A DNA stretch of 64,000 bases, taken from positions 384,001-448,000 of the forward strand of contig CAVSTP010000004.1 of NCBI GenBank assembly GCA_963730935.1, in the 5' to 3' direction. Under the pieces are notes generated by a model that saw only the letters and a list, made by a program, of their open reading frames with translations, searched no databases and had not been told where the DNA came from. Made by a program: the position numbers and the translations under genes. The number at the start of each line of letters is the position of its first letter. Position 1 is the stretch's first letter. Origin of the DNA: an uncultured Nitrospiraceae bacterium. GTDB taxonomy: Bacteria; Nitrospirota; Nitrospiria; Nitrospirales; Nitrospiraceae. This document shows, piece after piece, positions 36,453-45,793 of the stretch.

Positions 36453-38939
36453 TTAGCTGCCTTGGGGCACAAAGATAAAGTCCCCGAGGCTTTCGTGGCC
36501 GGCCATGTGGATGGGATCGTAGGTGGGGATCTGTTCGGTATTCAGTTTTTGGGACAGACTGACAACGCGTGTGCGCACGGCCCAGAATAGACGCTCTGCT
36601 TCAAGGACTGACATGTTTTCCTCTAGGACGCCGAGAAACGCGTCGGCGAAGACCGAGTGTCCGCTGCCGCCGGCATCCAGCACGGGTTTGACGCCGCCGG
36701 ATGTCATGGCGGTGCGAACCCGCTTCTGAGACAGCGTCTTGAGGAGATCGAGGCGGGCATCTTCCGTGAGCCCGGGTTTCAATTGTGCGAGAGTCGTGCG
36801 CGTCAGCTTCCCGCTAAAACAGGAGTCGGCCACCACGAGAACGTGCTTGGCGGACATTAATTGGAGCATATCTGTGACGCCGGGGAGCAACAGCCATTCC
36901 GAATTGTCGTTAACCTCCGCATCCACCGGAATCCAGTACCCGCGATCGATGCCCTGTTCAAGATGGCCGTGACCGGCATAATAGATCAACAAATTGTCTT
37001 TTTCGGTCAACATCTTCCGATACTGGTTCAGGGCCTTCATGATCTGGGAGCGGGTGGCATCCTTGAGCAACGTCACCTGAAAGCCGTAATTGGATTCCAG
37101 CACCTTAGCGACGGCGGACGCATCGGCGATGGCATTCATCAGCTCGGGCCAATGCCTGTAGTGGTCGTTGCCGATGACGAGCGCATGGTAGCGGCCGAAA
37201 CCGGCCAATTCCTGTTTGGGAGTCGTGGGAACCAATTTGGCGCCGCCACGCCCTTTCAATGAGAACTTCATCGCCGCGCGCTTGTTTTGCGTGTCGATGG
37301 CCAGGATTTGGACGGCTATTTCTTCCGTGTTGGATCGGATCGGCGGCAGGATGGTCGTGAAGATACCATCGGCATTGGGGTTCACGGATTCACCGTTGAC
37401 GGTCAGACTGCGCAGGCCGGCCGGAGCAAGCACACGCCCGGTGATGGATCGCCGGGCCCCCAAGCCGACTGGAATCACTGCCTGATCCGTGGTGACCTGA
37501 ATGCCCCTTGTCCTGGCCAGCGGAGGATCAATGATGTCCAAGGAAGGACCCTCAAACCCCAGATCGACGGTCGAGGCAGCCTGTAGCGCGTTCGCCTGTT
37601 TCGCCGCATCGGCTTCAAGCTGGGCGATTTTCTGTTGCAACTGCGCGATCTCTTGCTGACGTTGCTCGTTCTCGCGCTTCGTCTTTCCCAGGTCTTGCTG
37701 GAGATTCCTGACCGTCTCTTCATACGTACCGATCGTCGCAGACTGATCAGGTTTGGCCCGCAGCTGCTCGAGCTCGACGCGCGCCTCCTGATAGCGCCGC
37801 TCCGTGTCCTCGATCTTCCGCTGACCTTCCTGAGCCTGTTGCTGGCGCTCGGCAACCAGAGTATTCAACCGGCTGAGTTCCAGATCGGCCGTCGATAACT
37901 GTGTCCGGAGCCGTTGTGCTTCCGTGTCCTTCCTGGCGACGGTCTGCTCCAAGATTTGGATACGTTCCGCATTCTTCTCCAAAATGCCGACGCGAGTCTG
38001 GAGCCTGGCGACCTCTGAATCCCGTTCTGCAAGATGGCGCTGGTTTTGCTGCATGGCTGTCTTCGCGTCCTGGAGCTGACTCTCGAGTGAAGCCACTCGA
38101 GGGGTCGCATCCGGTTTAGCTTTGAGCGCTGCCAGATCCTTCTCGAGCGATCTAACGTGGTCTTCCTGCTGCCGGACTTTCACTCGAGCCTGTTGTGTTT
38201 CCGTCGTGCGGTCGTTCAGCTCCCGCCGGACGGTTTCCATCTCGCCGTTGACCCGTCCAAGCTCACGATTGAGAGTCCTGATTTCCTCATCCTTGGCCGC
38301 GACAGTCTGTTCCAAATCTTGTACACGAGTCATTGATTGAGGTTGTGCTAAAGGCTTGATCGAGAGGTTCAGCAGGGCGGCTTTGCTTAAATCGGACGCC
38401 GTGGCATACCACCGGAACGCCTCGGCAGGGTCCTTCGCCACTCCCAACCCCTGCTCGAAGAGCCGGCCGAGGGATATGGCCGCACGTTTGTCGCCCTGGT
38501 CGGCCGATTTTCGATACCAGGCTGCCGCCTGCGGGTAATCCGCCGTAGCGCCCAGACCCCTCTCATAAATGGTTCCAGCATAATATTGGGCTTCGGCGGA
38601 ACCTTTTTCTGCCTCTCCGAGCCAGATCTTCAGCGCTGACCGATAGTCCCCACGATCGGCCAAAACGTATTCGCCGCCGCGGATGGCACAATCTTCCTTG
38701 GTTGTTCGTACCGGCCGACGCTCGGTGACATAGGTCGTCATCGTGCCAAGCTGACGGATCTGACCGGGAAGGAGACAGTCCACGATCTCATAGGCATCGG
38801 CATTTCCTGGTCGATTGACGGCATCGCTGACGGCGGTGACCGAATCGGCGGCAGGGTCTGACGCACAGGCGAACAGCGCCATTGCCAGGAGAGACGAGGT
38901 GAAGTTCGTACAAAATTGGTCGCGTTTAGAGTGAGCCAT
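36453..38939 (-). CDS. Lipoprotein with Sel1 repeats, long coiled coil and caspase-family (C14) peptidase
   Basis: LFAC lipobox; Sel1 (AQYYAG.IYERGLG, A.AWYRKSADQG); YHALVIGN..Y, YYAGHG, ADSCFSG, HSVFA. Confidence 0.92.
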   Translation of the reverse strand: MAHSKRDQFCTNFTSSLLAMALFACASDPAADSVTAVSDAVNRPGNADAYEIVDCLLPGQIRQLGTMTTYVTERRPVRTTKEDCAIRGGEYVLADRGDYRSALKIWLGEAEKGSAEAQYYAGTIYERGLGATADYPQAAAWYRKSADQGDKRAAISLGRLFEQGLGVAKDPAEAFRWYATASDLSKAALLNLSIKPLAQPQSMTRVQDLEQTVAAKDEEIRTLNRELGRVNGEMETVRRELNDRTTETQQARVKVRQQEDHVRSLEKDLAALKAKPDATPRVASLESQLQDAKTAMQQNQRHLAERDSEVARLQTRVGILEKNAERIQILEQTVARKDTEAQRLRTQLSTADLELSRLNTLVAERQQQAQEGQRKIEDTERRYQEARVELEQLRAKPDQSATIGTYEETVRNLQQDLGKTKRENEQRQQEIAQLQQKIAQLEADAAKQANALQAASTVDLGFEGPSLDIIDPPLARTRGIQVTTDQAVIPVGLGARRSITGRVLAPAGLRSLTVNGESVNPNADGIFTTILPPIRSNTEEIAVQILAIDTQNKRAAMKFSLKGRGGAKLVPTTPKQELAGFGRYHALVIGNDHYRHWPELMNAIADASAVAKVLESNYGFQVTLLKDATRSQIMKALNQYRKMLTEKDNLLIYYAGHGHLEQGIDRGYWIPVDAEVNDNSEWLLLPGVTDMLQLMSAKHVLVVADSCFSGKLTRTTLAQLKPGLTEDARLDLLKTLSQKRVRTAMTSGGVKPVLDAGGSGHSVFADAFLGVLEENMSVLEAERLFWAVRTRVVSLSQKLNTEQIPTYDPIHMAGHESLGDFIFVPQGS

Positions 38940-39162
38940 CGGCAGCCGTGGAGGTTTCTCTCTCAGGTCTTAATCGGTCGGCCAGCAAGAAAGGTTCAAT
39001 CGGGATGCCAGCTAATGGTTACACCCGAGTGCTCGTTGCAGACGGCTCCCAGTCTACCTATAATGGGCTCCCACGCCAAGGGCCTATTCAGGAAAATCGC
39101 GTTTGAACAGTTTCCAGAAGCTGCACGACACACGTTGTGTGGGAACCAGACGAGGAGGCCGC

Positions 39163-40539
39163 ATGATTGAAAGGATGGTCGCGCAGCTGCGGATGCCCGG
39201 GCATCACCGGCCGTTAGTCACCGGTGTGCTGTTCGGCTTGGTCAGTGTCTTCGCGATGTCTCCATTCGCCGACGCGCAAGTCCTCAATGACAAAGTCAAC
39301 TCGTTATTGGCCAACAACTGCGCCCAGCTGTTGCAAGGAGCTGGATCAGCAGTGCTTGGTCCCAATTTGGCGGCAGCCTGTACAGGTAGTACCGGTGCTA
39401 CCGGTTCGGGAAATTCGGCAGGGGGCGGCGCCACCGCCGTTCAAACGACGGCAGCGTCAATTCTGAATCGCAATATCCTGTCCCGTTTGGAGGACGTCCG
39501 TAACGAAGAGGATTCGTCAAAAAAGTCTTCTTCTGCGATGGCGATGAATCCGTTCGGAATGTTGGCGCCGGGCATGATCCGCGGCTTTGGCACATTGGCA
39601 CCGGTGAATCAGACAGGGGATGGCTCTTCGGCGAATTTTGCCACCAGCAGTCAGAGCCGCATGAAAGGGTTTGGATTCTTCGCCTCCGGCTTGGTGGAAG
39701 CGTTGAATCGCGACGTCACGACATTCCAGGACGGTTATAAGTCCATGATTCTGGGGATCACAGCCGGCGCTGACTATCGCTTCAACCGACAGACCGTTGG
39801 CGGTGTCGCCGTCAACTATGCCAACACACATGGCGATTTCAAAAATGGGGGTGATTTCAACACAAATAGTGTCGGAATGCTTCTCTTTGGATCGTACCTA
39901 CCGACCGATCGGACGTTCGTCCAAGTGACCGGTGGATACACGCATAACAGCTATCTGGTGTCGCGCACAGCTCAAGCTTTCATTCCTGGGGTAGGTGGTG
40001 GGCCCAATCGAAATCTCGCGGGTATTCCGAGCAGCAATTCAAACGGCGACGTGTTCCGGACTAGCTTATTGGCCGGCTACGATCATCCCATCGGCATGTT
40101 CACGGTCGGTCCCCGTGTGGGAGTGAACTACACGAACACTCACATCGGCAGTTACTCGGAAACCAGCGGTGGCGGTCTTGGATTACGATTTGACGACCAA
40201 TGGGTGAACTCGCTCCAGAGCGTGTTGGGGGTCCAGGCACAAGCGGCCATCGGCACGTCCATGGGCGTGCTCGTTCCGCAAGCCAATGCTGATTACATTC
40301 ATGAATTCGCGAACTCGCAACGCTTCATCAACGTGGCCTTCTTCGAAGACAACCGGGCCAATCCGCTCAAATTCACCTTTCAAAACGACGTACCAGTCAG
40401 GAATTACTTTAATCTGGGCACCGGCCTCGTCATGGTGTTGCCCAACGGCTGGCAGCCTTTTGTGAATTTCCGCGCGATGGTGGGGAACACTCAGTTCAAC
40501 AACTACGCCGGCACATTTGGGTTGAGAATCGACTTGTAG
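39163..40539 (+). CDS. Autotransporter beta-barrel domain protein with very short passenger
   Basis: GAGGAGG RBS; signal peptide ending ADA; linker helix ILSRLEDVR; GITAGADYRF, amphipathic strands, C-terminal GTFGLRIDL. Confidence 0.85.
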   Translation: MIERMVAQLRMPGHHRPLVTGVLFGLVSVFAMSPFADAQVLNDKVNSLLANNCAQLLQGAGSAVLGPNLAAACTGSTGATGSGNSAGGGATAVQTTAASILNRNILSRLEDVRNEEDSSKKSSSAMAMNPFGMLAPGMIRGFGTLAPVNQTGDGSSANFATSSQSRMKGFGFFASGLVEALNRDVTTFQDGYKSMILGITAGADYRFNRQTVGGVAVNYANTHGDFKNGGDFNTNSVGMLLFGSYLPTDRTFVQVTGGYTHNSYLVSRTAQAFIPGVGGGPNRNLAGIPSSNSNGDVFRTSLLAGYDHPIGMFTVGPRVGVNYTNTHIGSYSETSGGGLGLRFDDQWVNSLQSVLGVQAQAAIGTSMGVLVPQANADYIHEFANSQRFINVAFFEDNRANPLKFTFQNDVPVRNYFNLGTGLVMVLPNGWQPFVNFRAMVGNTQFNNYAGTFGLRIDL

Positions 40540-40630
40540 TGTAGGCAGCAGGGTCACGATTCTCACCCATACCTGATGTTCTCATAACGGTGTAGACTGC
40601 TTCGTTTCCCCGAGAATTCTTCGCCGTCTC

Positions 40631-40673
40631 GCGCCCGTAGCTCAGTTGGGTAGAGCATCAGCCTTCTATCTGA
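40631..40673 (+). repeat. 5'-half copy of tRNA-Arg(TCT), att-like scar
   Basis: GCGCCCGTAGCTCAGTTGGGTAGAGCATCAGCCTTCTA matches the tRNA at 47909 up to the anticodon loop, then diverges. Confidence 0.88.
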
Positions 40674-40809
40674 CTAGAGGATTGCCTAAGTCGTTGATGG
40701 CCTGGGCAATCCCTTCGTCATTCTTGGCGATTCTCGGTTTTTGAGCCTTCCGCTCTCTTTGTCTCATCTTCGTGTCATCTAATTCCAATTTAGCGCGTTT
40801 TCTAACACC

Positions 40810-41166
40810 CTAATAACACCTGCTCCGATGCCCCCGGCACCAAAAAATCGCAGGCCGTCGGCTCGCGATATCAGCACTTCGATGCGGCGGTAAGTTTCGA
40901 CGCAGTGGAGGGTTAGCACTAAGCTCGTTCTCTAACTCGTAAGTTTTGCCGTTTCTCACATCACGCAAACCCATGTGGTCTACATGCCCTGAACGATAAA
41001 CCGTCGCCATGTGTCGTCCGGCCTCATGAACGGCTGCGTTGTTTATAGGACCGATGGTAAAGAAGTTCATAAGACCGCGAACCATCACAACGATTGGCTG
41101 TGTCTCATAGACTGCCAGAAGCCTTGCTGCCTGCAATGCCATGTCCTCTCGTCGGAATTGATACAT
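40810..41166 (-). CDS. Hypothetical protein
   Basis: GAGG RBS before ATG; no recognisable motif. Confidence 0.4.
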   Translation of the reverse strand: MYQFRREDMALQAARLLAVYETQPIVVMVRGLMNFFTIGPINNAAVHEAGRHMATVYRSGHVDHMGLRDVRNGKTYELENELSANPPLRRNLPPHRSADIASRRPAIFWCRGHRSRCY

Positions 41167-41266
41167 AAGAGTCCTCGCTATGGCTAAGGGTTAGCACTGG
41201 GGCACATCCAATCGGTTGTTTAGAACTCGTGGTGCTGATCTAGGCGATCCTTGGCGCCAGGCCATA

Positions 41267-41485
41267 CTATTTTCGGCCCCCCATGAACTTCTTGTACTTT
41301 GCCAACCGCCGGTCAATGTTCTCTTCGTTGTCCGTCAGCCAGGAATGGCAAATATGGACGATCACGTCTGACAACGAGGTCCCATGCGTGCCAATCAGTT
41401 CTTTGAGTTCATGTTGCAGAAACGAAGGCACGGTAATGCTGAAGTGCTCGGTTCGAGAATGGTCCGGCGATGCTGACTTGCCCAT
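41267..41485 (-). CDS. Small ribbon-helix-helix/CopG-like DNA-binding protein
   Basis: HFSITVP..LQHELKELI..HGTSLSDVI pattern. Confidence 0.5.
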   Translation of the reverse strand: MGKSASPDHSRTEHFSITVPSFLQHELKELIGTHGTSLSDVIVHICHSWLTDNEENIDRRLAKYKKFMGGRK

Positions 41486-41636
41486 AACGCCCCCGGTGGT
41501 ATAGGATATTACCGGTTCAATATAGCACCAATATCGAACCGTAACAAGCCAAACATCAAAAACCACTACCTAGCCCACACGCTTGGTAGAAAACAGGAAG
41601 GGACATCAGCGCCGCGCATCATGACGAGAGGGCGGT

Positions 41637-42035
41637 ATGACTCGTGAAGAGATTATTCGGATCTTATTGGTCGACGACGTCGAACTTGTCCGGCATACGT
41701 TGCGGACGATCCTCTCGGCCTATCCGCGTTTGGCAATTGTGGGCGAAGCCTGCGATGGAGAAGAAGCTCTTGCGTGGGTCCAGCGATGCGATCCCTTGGT
41801 GGTGGTGATGGACATTCAAATGCCGCGCCTCAACGGCATTCAGGCGACGACGCTCATTAAACGGTATTTCCCTTACGTGATCGTAGTGGGGCTGTCCGTC
41901 CACGCCACCGAGGACCTGCGTCAAGAGATGATTACAGCTGGCGCTAGCAGTGTGCTCTCCAAAGACCATGCCTGTGCGCGGCTCCATGAGGAAATCACGA
42001 AAGCCGTGAATTACCGGTCCGCGTTGCTATCGTAA
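41637..42035 (+). CDS. Stand-alone response regulator receiver (NarL-like REC)
   Basis: ILLVDD, VGEA.DGEEA, VVMDIQMP.LNGI, LSK. Confidence 0.88.
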   Translation: MTREEIIRILLVDDVELVRHTLRTILSAYPRLAIVGEACDGEEALAWVQRCDPLVVVMDIQMPRLNGIQATTLIKRYFPYVIVVGLSVHATEDLRQEMITAGASSVLSKDHACARLHEEITKAVNYRSALLS

Positions 42036-42058
42036 CGGCATTCCGTGGGGAGGTGGTT

Positions 42059-42493
42059 ATGCGACATGAGGAAGCCTGCCTTGGGATGTTCGTCAGGCTC
42101 CTTTCGGACTGGCACGGCATTCCCAAGGGCACGGTGGGAAGCATCGACACGGTGGAGACAGGGGTAGACGGTTCATGGTGTTTCACGATTTTTTGGGAAC
42201 TGCATCGCCCTTTGCGTTCAACGATGCCAGGCCGGACTCGGGCGCGCACCGGCCTCCAATCCGGATCCCTCGGCCTGCGACTATGGGAAGAGGATCTCCC
42301 GCGCTTCGAAGTTATTAGTCAGGAGCAGCGGGATGTGACCGCCCTGCACGTTGCGCCACCAGCCGACACGAGCCCCACGACAATGTGCTTGTTCAGCTCC
42401 CAGGCCGTGGACCAACTGACGTTACCATTTACTGACCGAGAACTCGTTGAAGAAGATCACCCACAACTGACCTTTGCCTTGGTTGGAGCGTGA
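42059..42493 (+). CDS. Hypothetical protein
   Basis: GGGAGG RBS; ORF track. Confidence 0.5.
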   Translation: MRHEEACLGMFVRLLSDWHGIPKGTVGSIDTVETGVDGSWCFTIFWELHRPLRSTMPGRTRARTGLQSGSLGLRLWEEDLPRFEVISQEQRDVTALHVAPPADTSPTTMCLFSSQAVDQLTLPFTDRELVEEDHPQLTFALVGA

Positions 42494-42669
42494 GATGGGG
42501 CGCTCGGAGAGCGAGGATCAGAGGCCATCCTTGGGAAGGGGTGTCTGCCATGTGACGGGTTGCCAGTCAGGCAAAGGCAGATACAGGGCCGGAAGAAAAA
42601 CAAAGACTAGTCGGGGATATTTGAAAACTCTCTGGTCTCACACAGATGAGTGTGCCTTGGCACATTCTC

Positions 42670-43002
42670 CTAGAACTCCCGCTGAGTCTTAATCCATTCA
42701 GTGCTAAAGATTAGGCGGCAACCGATTATATGACGGGACGAGCGTTTTTGCTGTGACCACCGAACTTCAAAAACCTCGGTTGTTGACTGCTCACCGGGCT
42801 GTTGCCATTGGACTTCGATGGTGTCACCCGCATGCAAGGGACCAGACATCTGGAGGAGTGCGCCATTTTCACTTCTATTCAACATTACCACCGGACCATC
42901 CTCAAAAGTAGTCCTATCTCCGTTAGTCAGACTTTTGAGGTATGTTCCATTCTGGCGAGATCTATGACGCATCTCGCTTCGCGATGAGAGTTGGGTGTTC
43001 AT
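42670..43002 (-). CDS. PilZ-like domain protein
   Basis: EMRHRSR, NRSENGA, EVRWS, IGCRL. Confidence 0.65.
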   Translation of the reverse strand: MNTQLSSRSEMRHRSRQNGTYLKSLTNGDRTTFEDGPVVMLNRSENGALLQMSGPLHAGDTIEVQWQQPGEQSTTEVFEVRWSQQKRSSRHIIGCRLIFSTEWIKTQREF

Positions 43003-43513
43003 GATGTGTCTCCCGAACGGGGCATGCATACAAAAAAACAGCTCGCACAGATTGTGTGCGGATTCAGTCGGTACCTACAAGGCAGCAGTGGGGGGATCTG
43101 TCTGTGAGGGGCTCGATGTGTAACGGTGATGCTCTTCGGCTGGCATGGTACTTCCTGTCAATGCGACATGGTCCATAATGGGGCCACGCTAAGCCAGAAG
43201 GCACAACGCATCAATACCTCATTTGAGGGAGGAAGAAAGCCCCTAGGGTAATACTTGAAATGAGTTATAGATGCATCTCTACCGTTTTACGTAGAAGCGG
43301 GGGGCAATTGCCCGTATTGAAAGGATCGATGGGCCGAATGGATGTGTTACGCAGTCTTGTGGAGTCGCTGACACAACGTTAGAACGAGAAATGAACAAGG
43401 ACGGACGGATGTACACAACGGAATCATGGATAGGCGGGTGAATCCTTACTCACAGATCCATTCAAATCTCCTACACTAACGCCGCAATGCACCGCTAGCA
43501 CCCGTGCTCACCT

Positions 43514-43699
43514 TCACGAGCCTTTCCCTCTCGGCGGCAGATGGCCTTTACGTTCAAGCTCAGCGACATGGTCAAGCAGCAGTTGGACGACGTATTTTTG
43601 GATGCTTTGCCCTCCGCTTAAAGCAGCGGCAGCCTTCAATTTGTTCACGAGATCAGCGGGGACATTTCGTAGATACACAACCTTAGGTTTAGTAGCCAT
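43514..43699 (-). CDS. Small Arc/FitA-like ribbon-helix-helix protein
   Basis: VVYLRNVPADLVNKLKAAAAL.GQSIQKYVVQLL. Confidence 0.6.
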   Translation of the reverse strand: MATKPKVVYLRNVPADLVNKLKAAAALSGGQSIQKYVVQLLLDHVAELERKGHLPPRGKGS

Positions 43700-43836
43700 G
43701 GGGCGGTGATGTTACCGCAACCACTTCGGCCGACACAAGCTCACTTTACCTGCTCACTAGGAAAGACTATACTATGCTAGCACCTGTCGCATTGCTGGCA
43801 TCTCTGGTAGGCCTGCCAGATAAAGCGGAGGATGAT

Positions 43837-44037
43837 ATGGCAAAGAGCATCAAACCGGACTTTCTAACAGAGGAGCGGCTCCTAGCGTGCCTGATGTTCC
43901 TGAGCAAACTGCGCAAGAGCGGCGTAACAAATATGTTCGAAATTCGGCTGAAACTGCGCCATGCATTCCCCGATCTCACGACGACTCAAGCTGCCGAAGT
44001 CCTTGCGTACTGGATGCACACGTTCGCCGCGGCATGA
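43837..44037 (+). CDS. Small hypothetical (phage-like) protein
   Basis: GGAGG RBS before MAKS; LSKLRKSGVTNMF motif. Confidence 0.5.
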   Translation: MAKSIKPDFLTEERLLACLMFLSKLRKSGVTNMFEIRLKLRHAFPDLTTTQAAEVLAYWMHTFAAA

Positions 44038-44379
44038 CCGAGCAGCACTAAGACCCCAGTCCTCATAAACTCCCCCCTTATTAATGGTTAGGTTATTCAC
44101 AGGCATATTCGAGAAGGCGCCTAGGTAGGATGCGATAGGGCTAAATTGTGAATGCGTGTATATTTCCGAAGGCTCGCGCACCATTGCGACAGGGAGTCAT
44201 CTGCATGGTCGACTGCCGGTCGGGTGAAGCCGCATACATGGGCAGCCCAAAACTATATGCACAAAATGGCAGAGGAGGATGAGCATGTTTTAGGGTTGCG
44301 AAGACAGCGGACGCATGACTAGGATAACCGGGGTAGAAATCCTAGGCGGCTGCTTATTCGCTCCGTTCTTGGGCGGTCC

Positions 44380-44814
44380 ATGGAATCCGAAAGCCGGTCA
44401 AGCCGTTCATCCTTCGTTTGCCTTCTGACCTTGACAACAGCCATGTCAGCGGTGTGGATACCCGGCTGTGCAACTATCCCTGATCCTTCCTATCAAACGG
44501 ACTGGATTGAGATCGGCAAAACAACGAAGGCAGACGTGGTCGAGCGCTACGGGGATCCCCAGGTTGCTCAGAAGTTAGCGAAAGGGACAATTGTGACTTA
44601 TTTTCCCGTATGGAAACATCCTCCATCCCCACCCGCAATCCCAACAATCCGGACCATGCAACCTACCCCCGCTGGGTTCGGCGTGGCGATGACGAATCCG
44701 ATTGAGCATAGACTCCCTATAATGGACGTTGGCAGTGAAGCCCACGGACAGCCCAGGCAAGGGTTGAGTATCCGTTACGACGCGCAAGATATCGTGAGAG
44801 AAATCCTTGAGTAA
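44380..44814 (+). CDS. Putative lipoprotein, SmpA/BamE-like
   Basis: IPGC lipobox; IEIGKTTKADVVERYGDP; LSIRYD..DIVRE. Confidence 0.6.
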   Translation: MESESRSSRSSFVCLLTLTTAMSAVWIPGCATIPDPSYQTDWIEIGKTTKADVVERYGDPQVAQKLAKGTIVTYFPVWKHPPSPPAIPTIRTMQPTPAGFGVAMTNPIEHRLPIMDVGSEAHGQPRQGLSIRYDAQDIVREILE

Positions 44815-45098
44815 CAGCTAACTGTCGCGAGCGGACGTAGTGGCGCATCTCAGGGCTCACCAACTACTTCAACACCGCGTTGGTCCATAAGTGCAAAGGT
44901 AGTCTCAGCATAACGTATGACGCGGATCTTGGTGCCATAAGTCAAAGCGTATGCACCGGCGATATAACACCGTGGAGCCTGAGGAGCTCCAGAGAGCAGT
45001 TTCCCATCTTCAGCCTTATCAGGCTAAGACTCTACTACTGATAACACTGGACGCAGTGGCGTCAGGTGACGAAACTGTAAGTGCTCGTCTTCCCTCAA

Positions 45099-45140
45099 CG
45101 CGCCGTAGTTCAGTTGGATAGAGCATCGGCCTTCTAAGCC
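45099..45140 (+). repeat. Second, diverged 5'-half copy of a tRNA-Arg(TCT)
   Basis: CGCGCCGTAGTTCAGTTGGATAGAGCATCGGCCTTCTAAGCC; no T-arm follows. Confidence 0.8.
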
Positions 45141-45793
45141 AAATTCCGTCAAAAGGGATTTCAAACACTTACCGCCATCACGTGGGATTTCTGTACGTTT
45201 TTCTGGAGGACAGAAGACTCAGGCGAGGACAGAAGGGCACAGGATTCTCCGTCTTTTCACTATAGAATGACACATAGATTGGCACATCAGGAGTAGGACA
45301 TGGTTACACTAAGACTCAAAACAGCAGGCTTATCAATTCTTCAAGGAAAGTTGCGGATGAGATGACTGAACCAATGCAGTACGACCGATGTTCCATCGAG
45401 AGCATGGCAGCATTTTCACTCTTATATTCCTTTTCGATCCTCCGGGTGTTCCTGGCAAAGAGTGCAGCAGCGGATGCCAGAGCATTGTGCACACACTAGA
45501 ACTCAACGCTTTGTTGAGCGAGAGCTTCGAAACGAGAAAAGTGCTGCACGATGGAGAGCATTCTTAAAGTTCTTCGTCACAGCTGTGTTCGTATCAGTGA
45601 CGGCCATTGCGGTTCAATTTTGGAGAGATCAGCCTTAGGAAGCTTCGTTTTGCACAAGCGTCTTAGGCCGCCTGCTCGTTACGGTTCCGCTCACTATCCT
45701 AGGCTTCAGTAATAAGGATGATGCAATCGATTCGCCGTAGCGCGCTAGACGAGCGCGGTACCCCATCGCAAGAATGGGCATTCGTTGATACCC

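Noticed and set aside
40631..45140. Additional functional tRNA genes at 40631 and 45099
   Set aside because: Only 5' halves; no T-arm or acceptor 3' strand
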